Part shown: positions 46,771-57,645 of the stretch, piece after piece | How positions within the stretch are numbered: position 1 is the first letter of the stretch | How the letters are laid out: each line of letters begins with the position of its first letter | Assembly: GCA_034521815.1 (NCBI GenBank) | Contig: JAXHLW010000012.1 | Location: 126,953 to 190,952 of the forward strand | From: Trueperaceae bacterium | GTDB taxonomy: Bacteria; Deinococcota; Deinococci; Deinococcales; Trueperaceae | DNA length: 64,000 nucleotides | Direction: 5' to 3' | Position numbers and translations under genes: made by a program | Notes under the pieces: model-generated | The model's database searches: none | Seen by the model: only the letters and a program-made list of their open reading frames with translations | What the model was told of the DNA's origin: nothing

Positions 46771-46968
46771 GCCACCTCCCGGTGGTTCAGGCGAGCGGTG
46801 CGGTCGGCCGTCGGTCGGCCGTCGGTCGGCCGCGTGCCGGTCGCGGCGCGACCGGTCGAACATCCTTCCGACGCTACCCGAACGGGTACGGGACGCAGGT
46901 CCTGTCTAGGGGCGCACGCTGGGCGGGCACCGCCAGGGGCGGGCGCACTGCGCCGCGAGACCCCGGCG

Positions 46969-47502
46969 TCAGGGGGTGTCGGGACCCGCAAGGAGGTCTT
47001 TCATGAGCCACGAGCCGGCGGGAACCAGCACGCGATCGACGACGTACAGCACGCCGTTGTCGGTCACGATGCCGTCGCCCACGAGCTGTACGCCGGCGAC
47101 CCGGACGCGGTCGGTGTCGTCGCGCACGGCGAGCTGCGTCCCCTCGAGGGTCGTCACGGCGTCCAGCCTGCGCAGCGCCGTGATGGGCGACGCGCCCATG
47201 ACCAGGTGATGGCGCACGATGAGGTCGAGCGCGCCGCGGTCGCGCAGCAGGATCTCGCGGACCTCGGGGTCGAGGCGGGCCATGGCGACGTCGCTGGGGG
47301 CGAAGAAGGTGAGCCGCGTCGGTCCGGCGAGGTCGTCGAGCACGCCGGACGTCTCCAGGATCTCGGTGATCTCCGCTAGTCTGGGGTGCTCGCGCAGCGC
47401 GTCGGCGAGGGTGGCGGGTCGCTCCTGGGCCGAGGCGAGCGCCCCGAGAGCCAAGAGGTGGACGAGGACGAGAAGGGGGATGCCAAGGTGATGTCGAATC
47501 AT
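46969..47502 (-). CDS. Secreted fasciclin-domain protein
   Basis: TFFAPSDVA (H1) and NGVLYVVDRVL (H2) motifs; signal peptide. Confidence 0.88.
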   Translation of the reverse strand: MIRHHLGIPLLVLVHLLALGALASAQERPATLADALREHPRLAEITEILETSGVLDDLAGPTRLTFFAPSDVAMARLDPEVREILLRDRGALDLIVRHHLVMGASPITALRRLDAVTTLEGTQLAVRDDTDRVRVAGVQLVGDGIVTDNGVLYVVDRVLVPAGSWLMKDLLAGPDTP

Positions 47503-47584
47503 TCGGGTTCGTTCCTCCGGACAGCAAGGTAGCAGACCGCCGCACGGCCGGGGAGCCGTGGCGCGTCGTCCAGGGTCGACGAAG

Positions 47585-47604
47585 ATACCCCGAGGGGGTA
47601 TAGT
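47585..47604 (+). promoter_or_regulatory. CsoR/CstR-family operator overlapping a TATAGT -10 box
   Basis: ATACCCC-GAG-GGGGTAT palindrome with C/G tracts. Confidence 0.8.
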
Positions 47605-47646
47605 ATCGGTCGCGAACGAGAGACGCCGTCTCGAAAGGAGCAGCGC

Positions 47647-49062
47647 ATGTTCTTCAAGCACTTCTACGACTCGGACCTCGCCCAAGGCAGCTACCTGATC
47701 GGCTGCCAGGCCAGCGGCGAGGCCGTCGTCGTCGACCCCCGCCGCGACGTCGACCTCTACCTCCGTGAAGCCGCCGCCCAAGGGCTCGTGATCACCGACG
47801 TCACCGAAACGCACATCCACGCCGACTACCTCTCCGGCAGTCGCGAGCTGGCCCAGCGAGCCGGCGCCCGGCTGTGGCTCAGCGACATGGGCGACGCCGA
47901 CTGGAAGTACGGGTTCGAGGGGCGCCCGCTGCGCCACGACGACGAGATCCGTGTCGGCAACGTCGTCGTCCGCGCCGTGCACACGCCGGGCCACACCCCC
48001 GAGCACCTGTCGTTCCTGGTGACCGACGGCGCGACCACCGACCAGCCGATGATGATCCTCACCGGCGACTTCGTGTTCGTCGGCGACGTCGGTCGCCCCG
48101 ACCTGCTCGACGAGGCGGCCGGAGGGGTCGACACCCGCTTCGCCGGGGCCAAGGACCTCTTCGCCAGCCTGCGCGACCACTTCCTGAGCCTCCCCGACCA
48201 CGTGCAGGTCTGGCCCGCCCACGGCGCCGGCTCCGCCTGCGGCAAGTCGTTGGGCGCCGTTCCGACGACCACCGTCGGCTACGAGCGCACCACCGCCTGG
48301 TGGGCGGACCACGTCGCGAACGGCGACGAGGACGGCTTCACCACGGCGCTGCTCGAAGGGCAGCCCGACGCGCCGCTCTACTTCGGTCGGATGAAGCGCT
48401 GGAACAAGGAGGGCCCCGCCCTGCTGGGACCGCGCGGCACGCCCGCGAGGCTCGACGCGAACGACGTCGCCGCGCAGCTGGCCGAGAAGCGGACCCTGTT
48501 CCTGGACACGCGCACCATGGCGGAGTGGAACGACGACGCCGTCCAGAACGCGCTGTTCGTGCCGTTCGGAAGCAACTTCGCGACCTACGCCAGCTACGCG
48601 ATCGATCCCGAGCGCGACGACCAGGAGATCGTGGTGCTGGCCGCCGACGCCGAGCAGGCCCAGATCATGCGCGACAAGCTGGCCTGGACCGGGATCGACC
48701 GCTTCGCCGGGTTCGTCGACACGCTCGCGCCGTTCGCGCGTGCGCCGGTCGAGATGGTCTCGCCCGCCGAGGTCGAGCGCGCGCACGACGTCCGGATCCT
48801 CGACGTCCGCACCGCCAGCGAGTACCAGAGCGGTCACCTCGAAGGGGCGCTTCAGATCCACGCGGGCCGAGTACGATGGAACCTGGAGCGGCTTCCCGCC
48901 GACGCCACCATCGTCGCGTACTGCCAGACGGGCGGCCGCAGCGCCGTCGCCGCCTCGATCCTGCGCCGCCACGGCTTCGCCGACGTGAGGGAGCTGGGCG
49001 GCAGCTACGAGGGCTGGGCGGCGTACCGGAAGACCGCCGCGGCGACCGCGACCCCGGCCTGA
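47647..49062 (+). CDS. MBL-fold persulfide dioxygenase-rhodanese fusion (CstB-like)
   Basis: ETHIHADY, HTPGHTPEH, GDVGRPDL, PAHGAGSACGK, C-terminal rhodanese YCQTGGRS. Confidence 0.92.
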   Translation: MFFKHFYDSDLAQGSYLIGCQASGEAVVVDPRRDVDLYLREAAAQGLVITDVTETHIHADYLSGSRELAQRAGARLWLSDMGDADWKYGFEGRPLRHDDEIRVGNVVVRAVHTPGHTPEHLSFLVTDGATTDQPMMILTGDFVFVGDVGRPDLLDEAAGGVDTRFAGAKDLFASLRDHFLSLPDHVQVWPAHGAGSACGKSLGAVPTTTVGYERTTAWWADHVANGDEDGFTTALLEGQPDAPLYFGRMKRWNKEGPALLGPRGTPARLDANDVAAQLAEKRTLFLDTRTMAEWNDDAVQNALFVPFGSNFATYASYAIDPERDDQEIVVLAADAEQAQIMRDKLAWTGIDRFAGFVDTLAPFARAPVEMVSPAEVERAHDVRILDVRTASEYQSGHLEGALQIHAGRVRWNLERLPADATIVAYCQTGGRSAVAASILRRHGFADVRELGGSYEGWAAYRKTAAATATPA

Positions 49063-49170
49063 GCGCCGTCGCGGCCTGACCGCGACGCTGACTCGACCAC
49101 GACCCCGTCTCGACCACGACGTCCTTCGCGGCCAGGCGGACTGTGCCCGGCCGCGCCGCATGGAGGAACC

Positions 49171-49491
49171 ATGACCATCCCCGCAGCACCCTACGAAGAC
49201 ATCGATCCGTACGAGCTGATGCGCCGCGTCGACGAAGCGGACGCGACCGTCGTCGACGTCCGCGAGCCGTGGGAATATCAGCGCGGCCACGTCCCGGGCG
49301 CCATCCTGATCCCGATGGGCGACGTGCCTGATCGGATCGACGAGATCCCCGACGGCGCCGTGCTGGTGTGCGCCACGGGCAACCGCTCCGGCCACGCCTG
49401 CGCTTGGCTCGCCCAGCAGGGCAAGCGCGACCTCGCGAACCTGGCGGGAGGCACGCAGGGCTGGACGATGCATGGCCTCGACGTCGAGTAG
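49171..49491 (+). CDS. Single-domain rhodanese
   Basis: VDVREPWEY..GHVPGA, CATGNRS. Confidence 0.92.
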   Translation: MTIPAAPYEDIDPYELMRRVDEADATVVDVREPWEYQRGHVPGAILIPMGDVPDRIDEIPDGAVLVCATGNRSGHACAWLAQQGKRDLANLAGGTQGWTMHGLDVE

Positions 49492-51267
49492 CGTCCCGGA
49501 CGGCCGTACGCCTGACCCCACGCCTGACCCGCGCCTGACCCCACGCCTGACCGCGCGCCCGGCCGCGCCCGAACGCCGCGCCTCGAGCGGCTCCTTCCGA
49601 TCGTCGGCTACCTCCGGCGCTACGACCGCGAGGACCTCACCGGCGACCTGAGCGCCGGCCTGGTGACCGCGGTGATGCTGGTGCCGCAAGGGATGGCGTA
49701 CGCGCTGCTGGCCGGCCTTCCGCCCGTCGTCGGTCTGTACGCCGCCACCGTCCCGCTGATCCTCTACGCGCTGTTCGGCTCGTCGCGCCAGCTGGCGGTC
49801 GGCCCGGTCGCGATCGTCTCGCTCCTGACGCTCGCGGGCGTCGGCGCCCTGGCCGAGCCCGGCAGCGCCGAGTTCGTCGCGCTGGCCGCCGCGCTGATGC
49901 TCATGGTCGGCGTCGTGCAGGCCGGCCTGGGCCTGCTACGGGCAGGCTTCGTGGTGAACTTCCTCTCGCACGCCGTGATCAGCGGCTTCACCAGCGCCGC
50001 CGCGCTGGTGATCGGGCTCAGCCAGCTCAAGCACCTGCTGGGCGTCGACCTGCCGCGCGAGGAGAACGTGTTCGTGCTGCTGGCCCACGCCGCCGGCGAG
50101 GTGGGCCGCACGCACGCCGCGACGCTGGCGATCGGGCTGGCCTCGATCGCGGTGCTGCTGATCGGCAAACGGCTGGCCAAGCGTTTTCCCACGCCGCTCC
50201 TGGTCGTGATCGCGTCCAGCCTGGCGGTATGGGGCCTGGGCCTGCACGAGCGCGGCGTCGCCATCGTGGGCGAGGTGCCGGCGGGGCTGCCCGGCTTCGC
50301 GCTTCCCCAGCTCGGTGGAGGCGCCTTCGCCTCGCTCCTGCCCGTCGCGGCGACGATCGCGTTCGTCGGCTTCATGGAGTCGGTGGCGGTGGCCAAGGCG
50401 ATCGCCGCCAAGCACCGCTACAAGGTCGACGCCAACCGCGAGCTGGTCGGCCTGGGCCTGGCCAACCTCGTCGGTGCGTTCTTCCGCGGCTACCCCGTCA
50501 CCGGCGGGTTCAGCCGCAGCGCCGTGAACGACCAGGCCGGCGCCCGGACGCCGCTCGCGGGGATCGTCACCGCCATCCTGATCGGCCTGACGCTGCTGTT
50601 CCTCACCGACCTGTTCTTCTTCTTGCCCAACGCCGTGCTGGCCGCGATCGTGATGGTCGCCGTGTTCGGGCTGATCGACGTGGAGGAGCCTGTCCACCTG
50701 TTCCGCGTCAAGAAGGTCGACGCGCTCACCCTGGGCATCACCTTCCTGGCGACCCTCACCTTGGGCGTCGAGACCGGCATCCTCGCCGGCGTCGGGTTCT
50801 CGCTGCTGGTGTTCGTCGCGCGCAGCGCCTGGCCGCACACCGCCGAGCTGGGCTGGCTTCCCGACGAGGGCGTGGTGCGCAACGTGCTTCGCTATCCAGA
50901 GGCGCGCACCTGGCCGGACCTGTACCTGACGCGGCCCGACGCCAGCCTGTACTTCGCGAACATGGCCGCGCTCGAGAGCCAGCTGAACGACGTCGTCGCC
51001 GACCGGCCGGAGCTGCGCGCCATCGTGCTGGACTTCTCCGGCGTGAACGACGTCGACGCCGTCGCGATCGACACGCTGCAGGACCGCATGGACGCCTTCG
51101 CCGGGCAGGCGATCGAGGTGCATCTCGCTGGCGTCAAGGGGCCGGTCCGCGACCTGCTGGCCAAGGCCGGCTGGACCGAGCGCTACGGAGCGCGCGTCGC
51201 GCACCTCTCGGTCCGCCACGCGCTGCAGGCGCTGGGCGTGCAGCTGGACGGCCCCGAGCCGGCCTGA
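49472..51267 (+). CDS. SulP-family anion transporter with STAS domain (probable true start 49472, frameshift near 49530)
   Basis: GDLSAGL...VPQGMAYA, TGGFSRSA, STAS; similarity extends upstream of 49663 with no in-frame start; one extra C in a 12-bp repeat joins ATG 49472. Confidence 0.88.
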
Positions 51268-51310
51268 CGCGCCTCCTGGCGGGCGGACCGTGCGTGCTAC
51301 CTTCGTGCGC

Positions 51311-52837
51311 GTGAGTCGTCGCCCCGCACCCCGCCTACGGTTCGTCGCGCCGCGCCTGGCCGACGTCTCGGCCGGCGTCGGGGTGGCCCTGATCGCGCTG
51401 CCGCAGGCGCTCGCGTACGCCGAGCTGGCGGGCATGCCGCCGGTGACCGGCCTTTGGGCGATCGTCCCAGCGTTGCTGCTGGCCGCCCCGTTCCTCTCCG
51501 CGAAGGAGCTGCAGGTCGGGCCTGTCGCGACCACGAGCCTGCTGGCGTTCGGAACCCTGTCCGCGCTGGCCGCGCCGGGCAGCCCCGAGTGGGTGGGCCT
51601 GGCTGCGCTGCTGGCTCTACTGGTCGGGACGATCCGCATCGCGATCGGGCTGTTGGGGTGGGGTCGGCTGGCCTACCTGCTGTCCAGGCCGGTCCGGATC
51701 GGGTTCCTGAACGGTGCCGCGCTGCTGATCGCCGCCTCGCAGCTGCCCGCGACGCTGGGCGTCGAGGTCGAGGGCGGCGTGATCGCCGGCGCGTGGCACG
51801 CCGTCACGTCGCCGGGAGCCTGGCGTCCCGCGGCGCTGGCGTTCGCGCTGGGCACGATCGCGGTGGTGCACCTCGGTCGGCGGCTCCACCCGCTGGTACC
51901 GGGCGTGCTGGTCGCCGTCGTCGGATCGCTGGCGATCGCCGTCTGGAGCGGCTACGGGGGGCCCGTCGTGGGCGGGATCGCCGAGGGCTGGCCCCGGCCG
52001 CGGCTGGACCTGCCGTGGTCGTCCGCGCCGCGGCTGGTCGTCGGTGCGCTGGTGCTGGCGCTCGTCGGCTTCAGCGAGGCCGCATCGATCGGCCGCGACC
52101 TGGCCGCTCGCGCCCGCCGGCCGTGGAATCCGGACCGCGAGTTCGTCGCGCAGGGCGTGGCGAACCTCGGCGCCGGGGCGTTCGGCGGCTTCCCGGTCGG
52201 CGCCAGCTTCTCGCGCAGCGCGGTGAACCGGATGGCCGGCGCCACCTCGCGCTGGAGCGGGTTCGTGACCGGACTGACGCTCCTGGCGGCCCTGCCCGCT
52301 GCGTCGCTGTTGGCGCCGCTGCCCAAGGCCACCCTGGCGGGCGTCATCCTGGGAGCGGTGTCGTCCCTCATCCGGCCCGGCGACGTGCTCACCGTGCTCC
52401 GCGCCAGCCGCTCCCAAGGGGTGATCGCGATGACGACGTTCGCGCTCACGCTGGCGCTGGCGCCGCGAATCGACGAGGCCGTGCTGATCGGCGTGCTGCT
52501 GGCCGCCGGTCAGCACCTCCGCCGAGAACAGAACCTCAGGATCGAGACCGCGCACGTCGGGGACGCGCTGTACGTGATTCCACGCGGCGTGCTCTGGTAC
52601 GGCAGCGCCCAACGGTTCGAAGAGGCGGTTCCAGGACTCTTGGCCGCGCACCCGGAAGCGGACGAGCTGGTCGTCGACCTCGCCGGCTGCGGCCGCGTGG
52701 ACTGGTCGGCCGCCACGTCGATCCGCGAGGCGCTCGAGGACGCCGAGGCGGCCGGGATGCGCGTCCGCCTGACCGGCGTGCCGTTCCACGCGCGACGCTG
52801 GCTGGCCACCGTGTGGAGCGACGTACGCGTGGATTGA
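51311..52837 (+). CDS. Second SulP-family anion transporter with STAS domain
   Basis: LPQALAYAELAG, GASFSRSA, STAS-like C-terminus; TACCTT-N7-GTG. Confidence 0.88.
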   Translation: MSRRPAPRLRFVAPRLADVSAGVGVALIALPQALAYAELAGMPPVTGLWAIVPALLLAAPFLSAKELQVGPVATTSLLAFGTLSALAAPGSPEWVGLAALLALLVGTIRIAIGLLGWGRLAYLLSRPVRIGFLNGAALLIAASQLPATLGVEVEGGVIAGAWHAVTSPGAWRPAALAFALGTIAVVHLGRRLHPLVPGVLVAVVGSLAIAVWSGYGGPVVGGIAEGWPRPRLDLPWSSAPRLVVGALVLALVGFSEAASIGRDLAARARRPWNPDREFVAQGVANLGAGAFGGFPVGASFSRSAVNRMAGATSRWSGFVTGLTLLAALPAASLLAPLPKATLAGVILGAVSSLIRPGDVLTVLRASRSQGVIAMTTFALTLALAPRIDEAVLIGVLLAAGQHLRREQNLRIETAHVGDALYVIPRGVLWYGSAQRFEEAVPGLLAAHPEADELVVDLAGCGRVDWSAATSIREALEDAEAAGMRVRLTGVPFHARRWLATVWSDVRVD

Positions 52838-52897
52838 GCGCGCGTGCCCGGGCACGCGAGGGCGCCGCGAGGGCGCGCGTGCGGTACAACGGCGGTC

Positions 52898-54366
52898 ATG
52901 GACGAGCTCCGGTTCGGAACCGACGGCTGGCGCGACCGCATCGGCGAGCGCTTCACCACCGCCAACGTTCGCCGGGCCGCGCACGCCACCGCCGGCTGGC
53001 TGCTGGACAGCGGGGGCGGACGCGTGGTGGTGGCGCACGACACCCGCTTCGGCGGTCCGATGTTCGCGCGCGCCGCGGCCGACGCGTTGGCCGCGAACGG
53101 GCTGGAGGTGCACCTGGCGCAGGGGCCGCTTCCGACGCCGGTGCTGTCGTTCGCGGTGCGTCACCTGGGCGCGCACGCCGGCGTGATGCTGACCGCCAGC
53201 CACAACCCGCCGGCCTGGAACGGCTACAAGCTCAAGGGCTCGTACGGCGGCACGGCCACGCAGGACGTCTATCGCGAGGTCGCGGAACGCGTGGCGAAGG
53301 TCCGCCCCGAGGACGTTCCCGAGGCGGGACCGGACGTGCCGGCCCCCCGTCCGCTGGACGTGCGGGACGCCTACTACGCGCACCTCGCCACGCTGCTGGA
53401 TCTGGACATGCTCGGGACGCTGCGCGGATCGTTGGTGCACGACTCGATGTGCGGCGCGGCGGCGGGCTGGATGGCGGGGTTCGCGCGCTACGCTCGGCTG
53501 TCGCTGGAGGTCGAGGAGCTGCGCGCCGACGCCGACCCGATGTTCCACGGGGGCCACCCCGAGCCGATTCCTGCCCATATGGGGCCGCTTCTGGAGCGGA
53601 TGCGGCGCGGCGACGCGCTGTTGGGCATCGCCACCGACGGCGACGGCGACCGATTGGCCGCGGTGCTGCCTGGAGGCCGGCCGGTGAACTCGCACGAGAT
53701 CTTCGCGCTGCTGCTCGATCAGCGCCTTCGGGCGGGCGCGAGCGGCCGGGTCGTCAAGACGGTCACGGTCGCGCGCCTGGTCGAGCGGATCGCGGCTGCG
53801 CGCGGCGTGCCGGTGACCGAGACGCCGGTCGGGTTCAAGTGGCTGGTGGACGAGATGCTGCGAGGCGACGTGCTGATCGCGGGCGAGGAGTCGGGCGGCA
53901 TCGGCGTGCCGGAGCACCTTCCCGAGCGCGACGGCATCGTGAACGGATTCCTGCTGTTGCAGGCGCTGGCCGAGGCGCGGGCCGAGGCGCGCGGGGCGAG
54001 GCGCGGGGCGAGGGGCGGGCCGAGGCGCCGGGCGGACCGCTGGCGGCGCGGCTGGAGGCGCTGCAGCGCGAGGCGGACTGGCGGCACCACTACGACCGCA
54101 CCGACCTGTCGCTGCGCGACGACGATGCGCAACGTCGCGTGATGGAGGCGCTTTCCGTGGACCCGGACCGGTTCGCGGGCCGGGACGTCGTCTCGGTGGA
54201 GCGGCGGGACGGCGTGAAGGTCAACCTGGCCGGGGGCGCCTGGGTTCTGGTCCGAGCCAGCGGCACCGAGCCGTTGCTGCGGCTGTACTGCGAGGCCCAG
54301 TCCGCGGACGAGGTCCGAGAGCTGCTGGACGAGGCCGAGCGGTTCGTCCGGGCGGCGGCGGGCTGA
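52898..54366 (+). CDS. Phosphoglucomutase/phosphomannomutase with a frameshift near 54000-54030
   Basis: FGTDGWR, TASHNP, DGDGDR, GEESGG; C-terminal DGVK...RASGTEPLLRLYCE is in another frame. Confidence 0.92.
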
Positions 54367-54416
54367 GCACCGACCGCTGAGCACCGACCGCTGAGCACCG
54401 ACCGTTGAGCATCGAC
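54362..54416 (+). repeat. 14-bp tandem repeat x4 containing the PGM stop codon
   Basis: gctgagcaccgacc x3 plus a degenerate gttgagcatcgac. Confidence 0.9.
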
Positions 54417-54488
54417 TCCCTCCGACTTCGGATGGATGCAGCCTGGCCGGTGCAGCCCCTAGAGTGCGGCCATGAGGAGGCACCATCC

Positions 54489-55472
54489 ATGAGCGATTCC
54501 GGCAAACCGAACCACGAGGGACGCGGTCCCGAACACACCGGCCCCGACGGGACCGGGCGCGACGGGACCCGGCGCGACCGCGGAACCGATCGAGCGATCC
54601 TCCCGATCATCCTGATCGCGGCCGGCGTCCTGCTGCTGCTCAGCCGCATGGGCGTGTTCGACTGGAGCCTGGCGCTGGGCGTGCTGGAGCTGTGGCCACT
54701 GCTGCTGATCGCGGTCGGTGTGGACATCCTGACGCGCGGTCGCTACCGACTGATCGTGGTGATCGCGACCGTCGCGATCGGTGCGGTGCTCTGGCGCGCA
54801 CCGGCCTGGGTGCCCGGCGCGACCGGACCGGCCGAGACGCGCAGCATCGCCTACGAGCTGGACGACGCGAGCGCGGCCGAGATCGAGCTGCATCACGGCG
54901 TGGGCCGGCTCTCGCTGGGTGCGCTGCCCGACGGGGACGCCCAGGTGATCGCCGGAACGATCGCGACGGGACGAGGCGAGTCCCTGGACGCCACGTACCG
55001 CATCGACGGCGACGTGGCCGAGGTCGAGATCGCCTCGCGGCAACGGGGTCCGAGCTTCAACGTCGACGGCAGCCGTCGCGCCTGGGATCTGAACCTCACG
55101 CGCGAGGTGCCGGTCGACCTGACGATCGACACCGGCGTGGGCCAGTCGGATCTCCAGCTCCGGGAGGTGCGGCTCAGCGACTTCGACCTCGACGCCGGGG
55201 TGGGCGAGGTCCGCGTCACGCTGCCCACCGTCGGTGGCTACGCGGGCGAGATCGACGCCGGCGTCGGCTCGGTCCACCTGCGCATCCCCCGCTCCGTCGA
55301 GGTCCGCATGCAGGTCGAGACCGGCCTGGGGGGCGCGGACGTGCGCGGCACCTGGACCCGCGACGACGATCGCTACCTCAGCCCCGGCTGGCAGGACGCC
55401 TCGCCGTCCGATCGCGTCGATCTGCGGGTGTCCGGTGGCGTGGGCGAGATCACCGTCGAGCGGATCGACTGA
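54489..55472 (+). CDS. LiaF/DUF5668-like TM domain + beta-solenoid ('toast-rack'/DUF2154-like) envelope-stress protein
   Basis: ILIAAGVLLLL...LWPLLLIAVG; repeated DAGVGE / TGVGQ units; GAGGAGG RBS. Confidence 0.75.
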   Translation: MSDSGKPNHEGRGPEHTGPDGTGRDGTRRDRGTDRAILPIILIAAGVLLLLSRMGVFDWSLALGVLELWPLLLIAVGVDILTRGRYRLIVVIATVAIGAVLWRAPAWVPGATGPAETRSIAYELDDASAAEIELHHGVGRLSLGALPDGDAQVIAGTIATGRGESLDATYRIDGDVAEVEIASRQRGPSFNVDGSRRAWDLNLTREVPVDLTIDTGVGQSDLQLREVRLSDFDLDAGVGEVRVTLPTVGGYAGEIDAGVGSVHLRIPRSVEVRMQVETGLGGADVRGTWTRDDDRYLSPGWQDASPSDRVDLRVSGGVGEITVERID

Positions 55473-55519
55473 GCGGATCGACTGAGCGGATCGCGGGGCG
55501 CGCGGGTCAGGCGTCCCGC

Positions 55520-56179
55520 TCAGGCGTCCCGCACCAGGAACACCACCAGGGTCCTCGGGCCGTGCACCCCAGCGACGCGGATCATCTCGATGTCGCTCGT
55601 GGCGCTCGGCCCGCTGATCCAGGTGAGGGGTGCGCCGGCCGCGACGGCGTCGTGCAGGCGCGCGACCGCTTCGGGCACCAGCCCGACGACGCGGCTGGCC
55701 GGCACGACGCACAGGTGCACGTCCGGCACCAGCGTCGCCGCCCGCCGGCCCTGCCCCGGCCCACCGTCCAGCACGATCGAGCCGGTGTCCGCGACGGCCA
55801 CGGCGCAGCCGCTGAGCGTCGCGTCGGCGTCGTCCAGCAGGGTCGGGTCGGCGTCGTCGCGAAGGCGGACGCGACCCTCGACGGCCGCCACCCAGGCGCC
55901 CGGCGCTCCCTTCGGAACCACGACGCGCCGTGCGCGGCGGCGGGTCAGCTCGGCGGTCAACACGTCCGTGAGGTCGCTGGCGCGGGTCCTCACGACGTCC
56001 ACGCCGTAGTCCACCAGCCGAGCTTCCAGCAGGTCCAGGCGGCCAGGCTCATTCAGGTCGTCGCGTTGGCGATAGTCGCGGTCCAGCGCCGCGTGGGCGG
56101 CCGGCGGGTCGTCGTCGCGAACGTCCGCCGTGGCGCGCGCGATCCGGTCCAGGACGATCCTTCGCGCGTCGTCGCTCAC
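55520..56179 (-). CDS. lutC: Lactate utilization protein C (LUD domain)
   Basis: ADTGSIVL, GRRAATLVPDVH, ISGPSATSDIE..RVAGVHGP. Confidence 0.92.
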   Translation of the reverse strand: MSDDARRIVLDRIARATADVRDDDPPAAHAALDRDYRQRDDLNEPGRLDLLEARLVDYGVDVVRTRASDLTDVLTAELTRRRARRVVVPKGAPGAWVAAVEGRVRLRDDADPTLLDDADATLSGCAVAVADTGSIVLDGGPGQGRRAATLVPDVHLCVVPASRVVGLVPEAVARLHDAVAAGAPLTWISGPSATSDIEMIRVAGVHGPRTLVVFLVRDA

Positions 56180-57645
56180 GGTCGTTCCTTCTCTCTGTCT
56201 TTCGCTCTGTCTTTCTCTCTGGCTCGCCACCAGGCACGGAACGAGGTGCGGGGGATGGGGCGAAGGTCGCGCGCGTCGCTCCAGCCGGCCAGCGGGCCGG
56301 GCAGGGCGCGCAGCACGCCGTTCTTGACGAACGGCGCCTGCCCCAGCCGCGCCAGTCGCTGCGCCGCCTCGTAGCGCGAGGGCGACGCGAACACGCGCGC
56401 CGCGACGCGGAGGGCGGCGTCCTCCAGCGAGCTGGCCGGCAGCACGCCTCGGGACTTGCGCTCCGTCACCACGCGGCGACGCATCTCGACCAGGATCGTG
56501 GGGATGTCGATCGCGACGGGGCACGCCTCGTAGCAGGCGCCGCACAGCGTGCTGGCGTAGGGGAGCTCGGCGTCGTGCGGTCCGTTCCGCAGCTGCGGGT
56601 TCAAGATCGCCCCGATCGGGCCGGGGTAGACGCTGCCGTAGGCGTGACCGCCGACGCGCTCGTACACGGGACAGACGTTCAGGCAGGCGCTGCAGCGGAT
56701 GCAGCGAAGCGTCTCGCGACCGACGTCGTCGCGAAGCGTGAGGCTGCGGCCGGCGTCGAGCAGCACCAGGTGGAACGAGCGGGGGCCGTCGCCGTCGCGG
56801 ACGCCGCTCCAGAAGCTGGTGTAGGGGTTCATCCGCTCGGCCGTGCTGGCGCGCGGCAGCAGCTGCAGGAACACCTCGAGGTCGCGCCAGGTGGGCACCA
56901 GCTTCTCGATGCCCATCACCGTGATCAGGGTGTCCGGCAGCGTGGTGCACATGCGGCCGTTCCCCTCGGACTCGACCACGCCGATCGTGCCGGTCTCGGC
57001 GACCGCGAAGTTCGCGCCGCTGATCCCCACCCGGGCGTCCAGGAAGCGCGCCCGCAGGAAGCGCCGTGCGGCGGCGGCCAGCTCGGCGGGGTCGTCGCTG
57101 AGCTCGCTTCGGTCCAGCGCGAACGCCTCGAGGAACAGCTCGCGGATCTCGGCCCGGTTCTTGTGGATCGCGGGCACCAGGATGTGGCTGGGCTCCTCCT
57201 CGGCGAGCTGGACGATCAGCTCGGCCAGGTCGGTCTCGATCGCGACCACGTCGTCCTCGGCCAGGGCCTCGTTCAGGCCGATCTCGTCGGTGGTCATCGA
57301 CTTGACCTTGACGACCTCGCGCGCGCCGGTCCGGGCGACCAGGTCGCGCACGATCCGGTTCGCCTCGCCCGCGTCGCGGGCCCAGTGCACGACGCCCCCG
57401 GCACGCGTCACGCTGGCCTCCAGCTGCTCCAGGTAGTGCCCTAGGTTGCGGAGCGTGTGGTCCTTGATCGCCTTGCCTGCCTGACGCAGCTCCTGCCAAT
57501 CGGGTGTGTCGGCCGTGACCGCGGCGCGCTTGGCTCGGATGGTGGCGGTGGCCGTGCCCAGGTTGCGACGCAGCTGGCCGTCCAGCAACGCCTTGGGCGC
57601 CGCGCGGTGGAACGGCAGCGGGATGCGTACCGGTTCGTCGCTCAT
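56176..57645 (-). CDS. lutB: Lactate utilization protein B (Fe-S)
   Basis: KVKSMTTDEI, ETDLAE, PSHILVPAIH, CIRCSACLNVCPVY, YPGPIGA. Confidence 0.94.
   Translation of the reverse strand: MSDEPVRIPLPFHRAAPKALLDGQLRRNLGTATATIRAKRAAVTADTPDWQELRQAGKAIKDHTLRNLGHYLEQLEASVTRAGGVVHWARDAGEANRIVRDLVARTGAREVVKVKSMTTDEIGLNEALAEDDVVAIETDLAELIVQLAEEEPSHILVPAIHKNRAEIRELFLEAFALDRSELSDDPAELAAAARRFLRARFLDARVGISGANFAVAETGTIGVVESEGNGRMCTTLPDTLITVMGIEKLVPTWRDLEVFLQLLPRASTAERMNPYTSFWSGVRDGDGPRSFHLVLLDAGRSLTLRDDVGRETLRCIRCSACLNVCPVYERVGGHAYGSVYPGPIGAILNPQLRNGPHDAELPYASTLCGACYEACPVAIDIPTILVEMRRRVVTERKSRGVLPASSLEDAALRVAARVFASPSRYEAAQRLARLGQAPFVKNGVLRALPGPLAGWSDARDLRPIPRTSFRAWWRAREKDRAKDREKERP

Noticed and set aside
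54362-54416. CRISPR array
   Set aside because: The 14-bp units are contiguous with no spacers, and there are no cas genes; the same applies to the other short repeats
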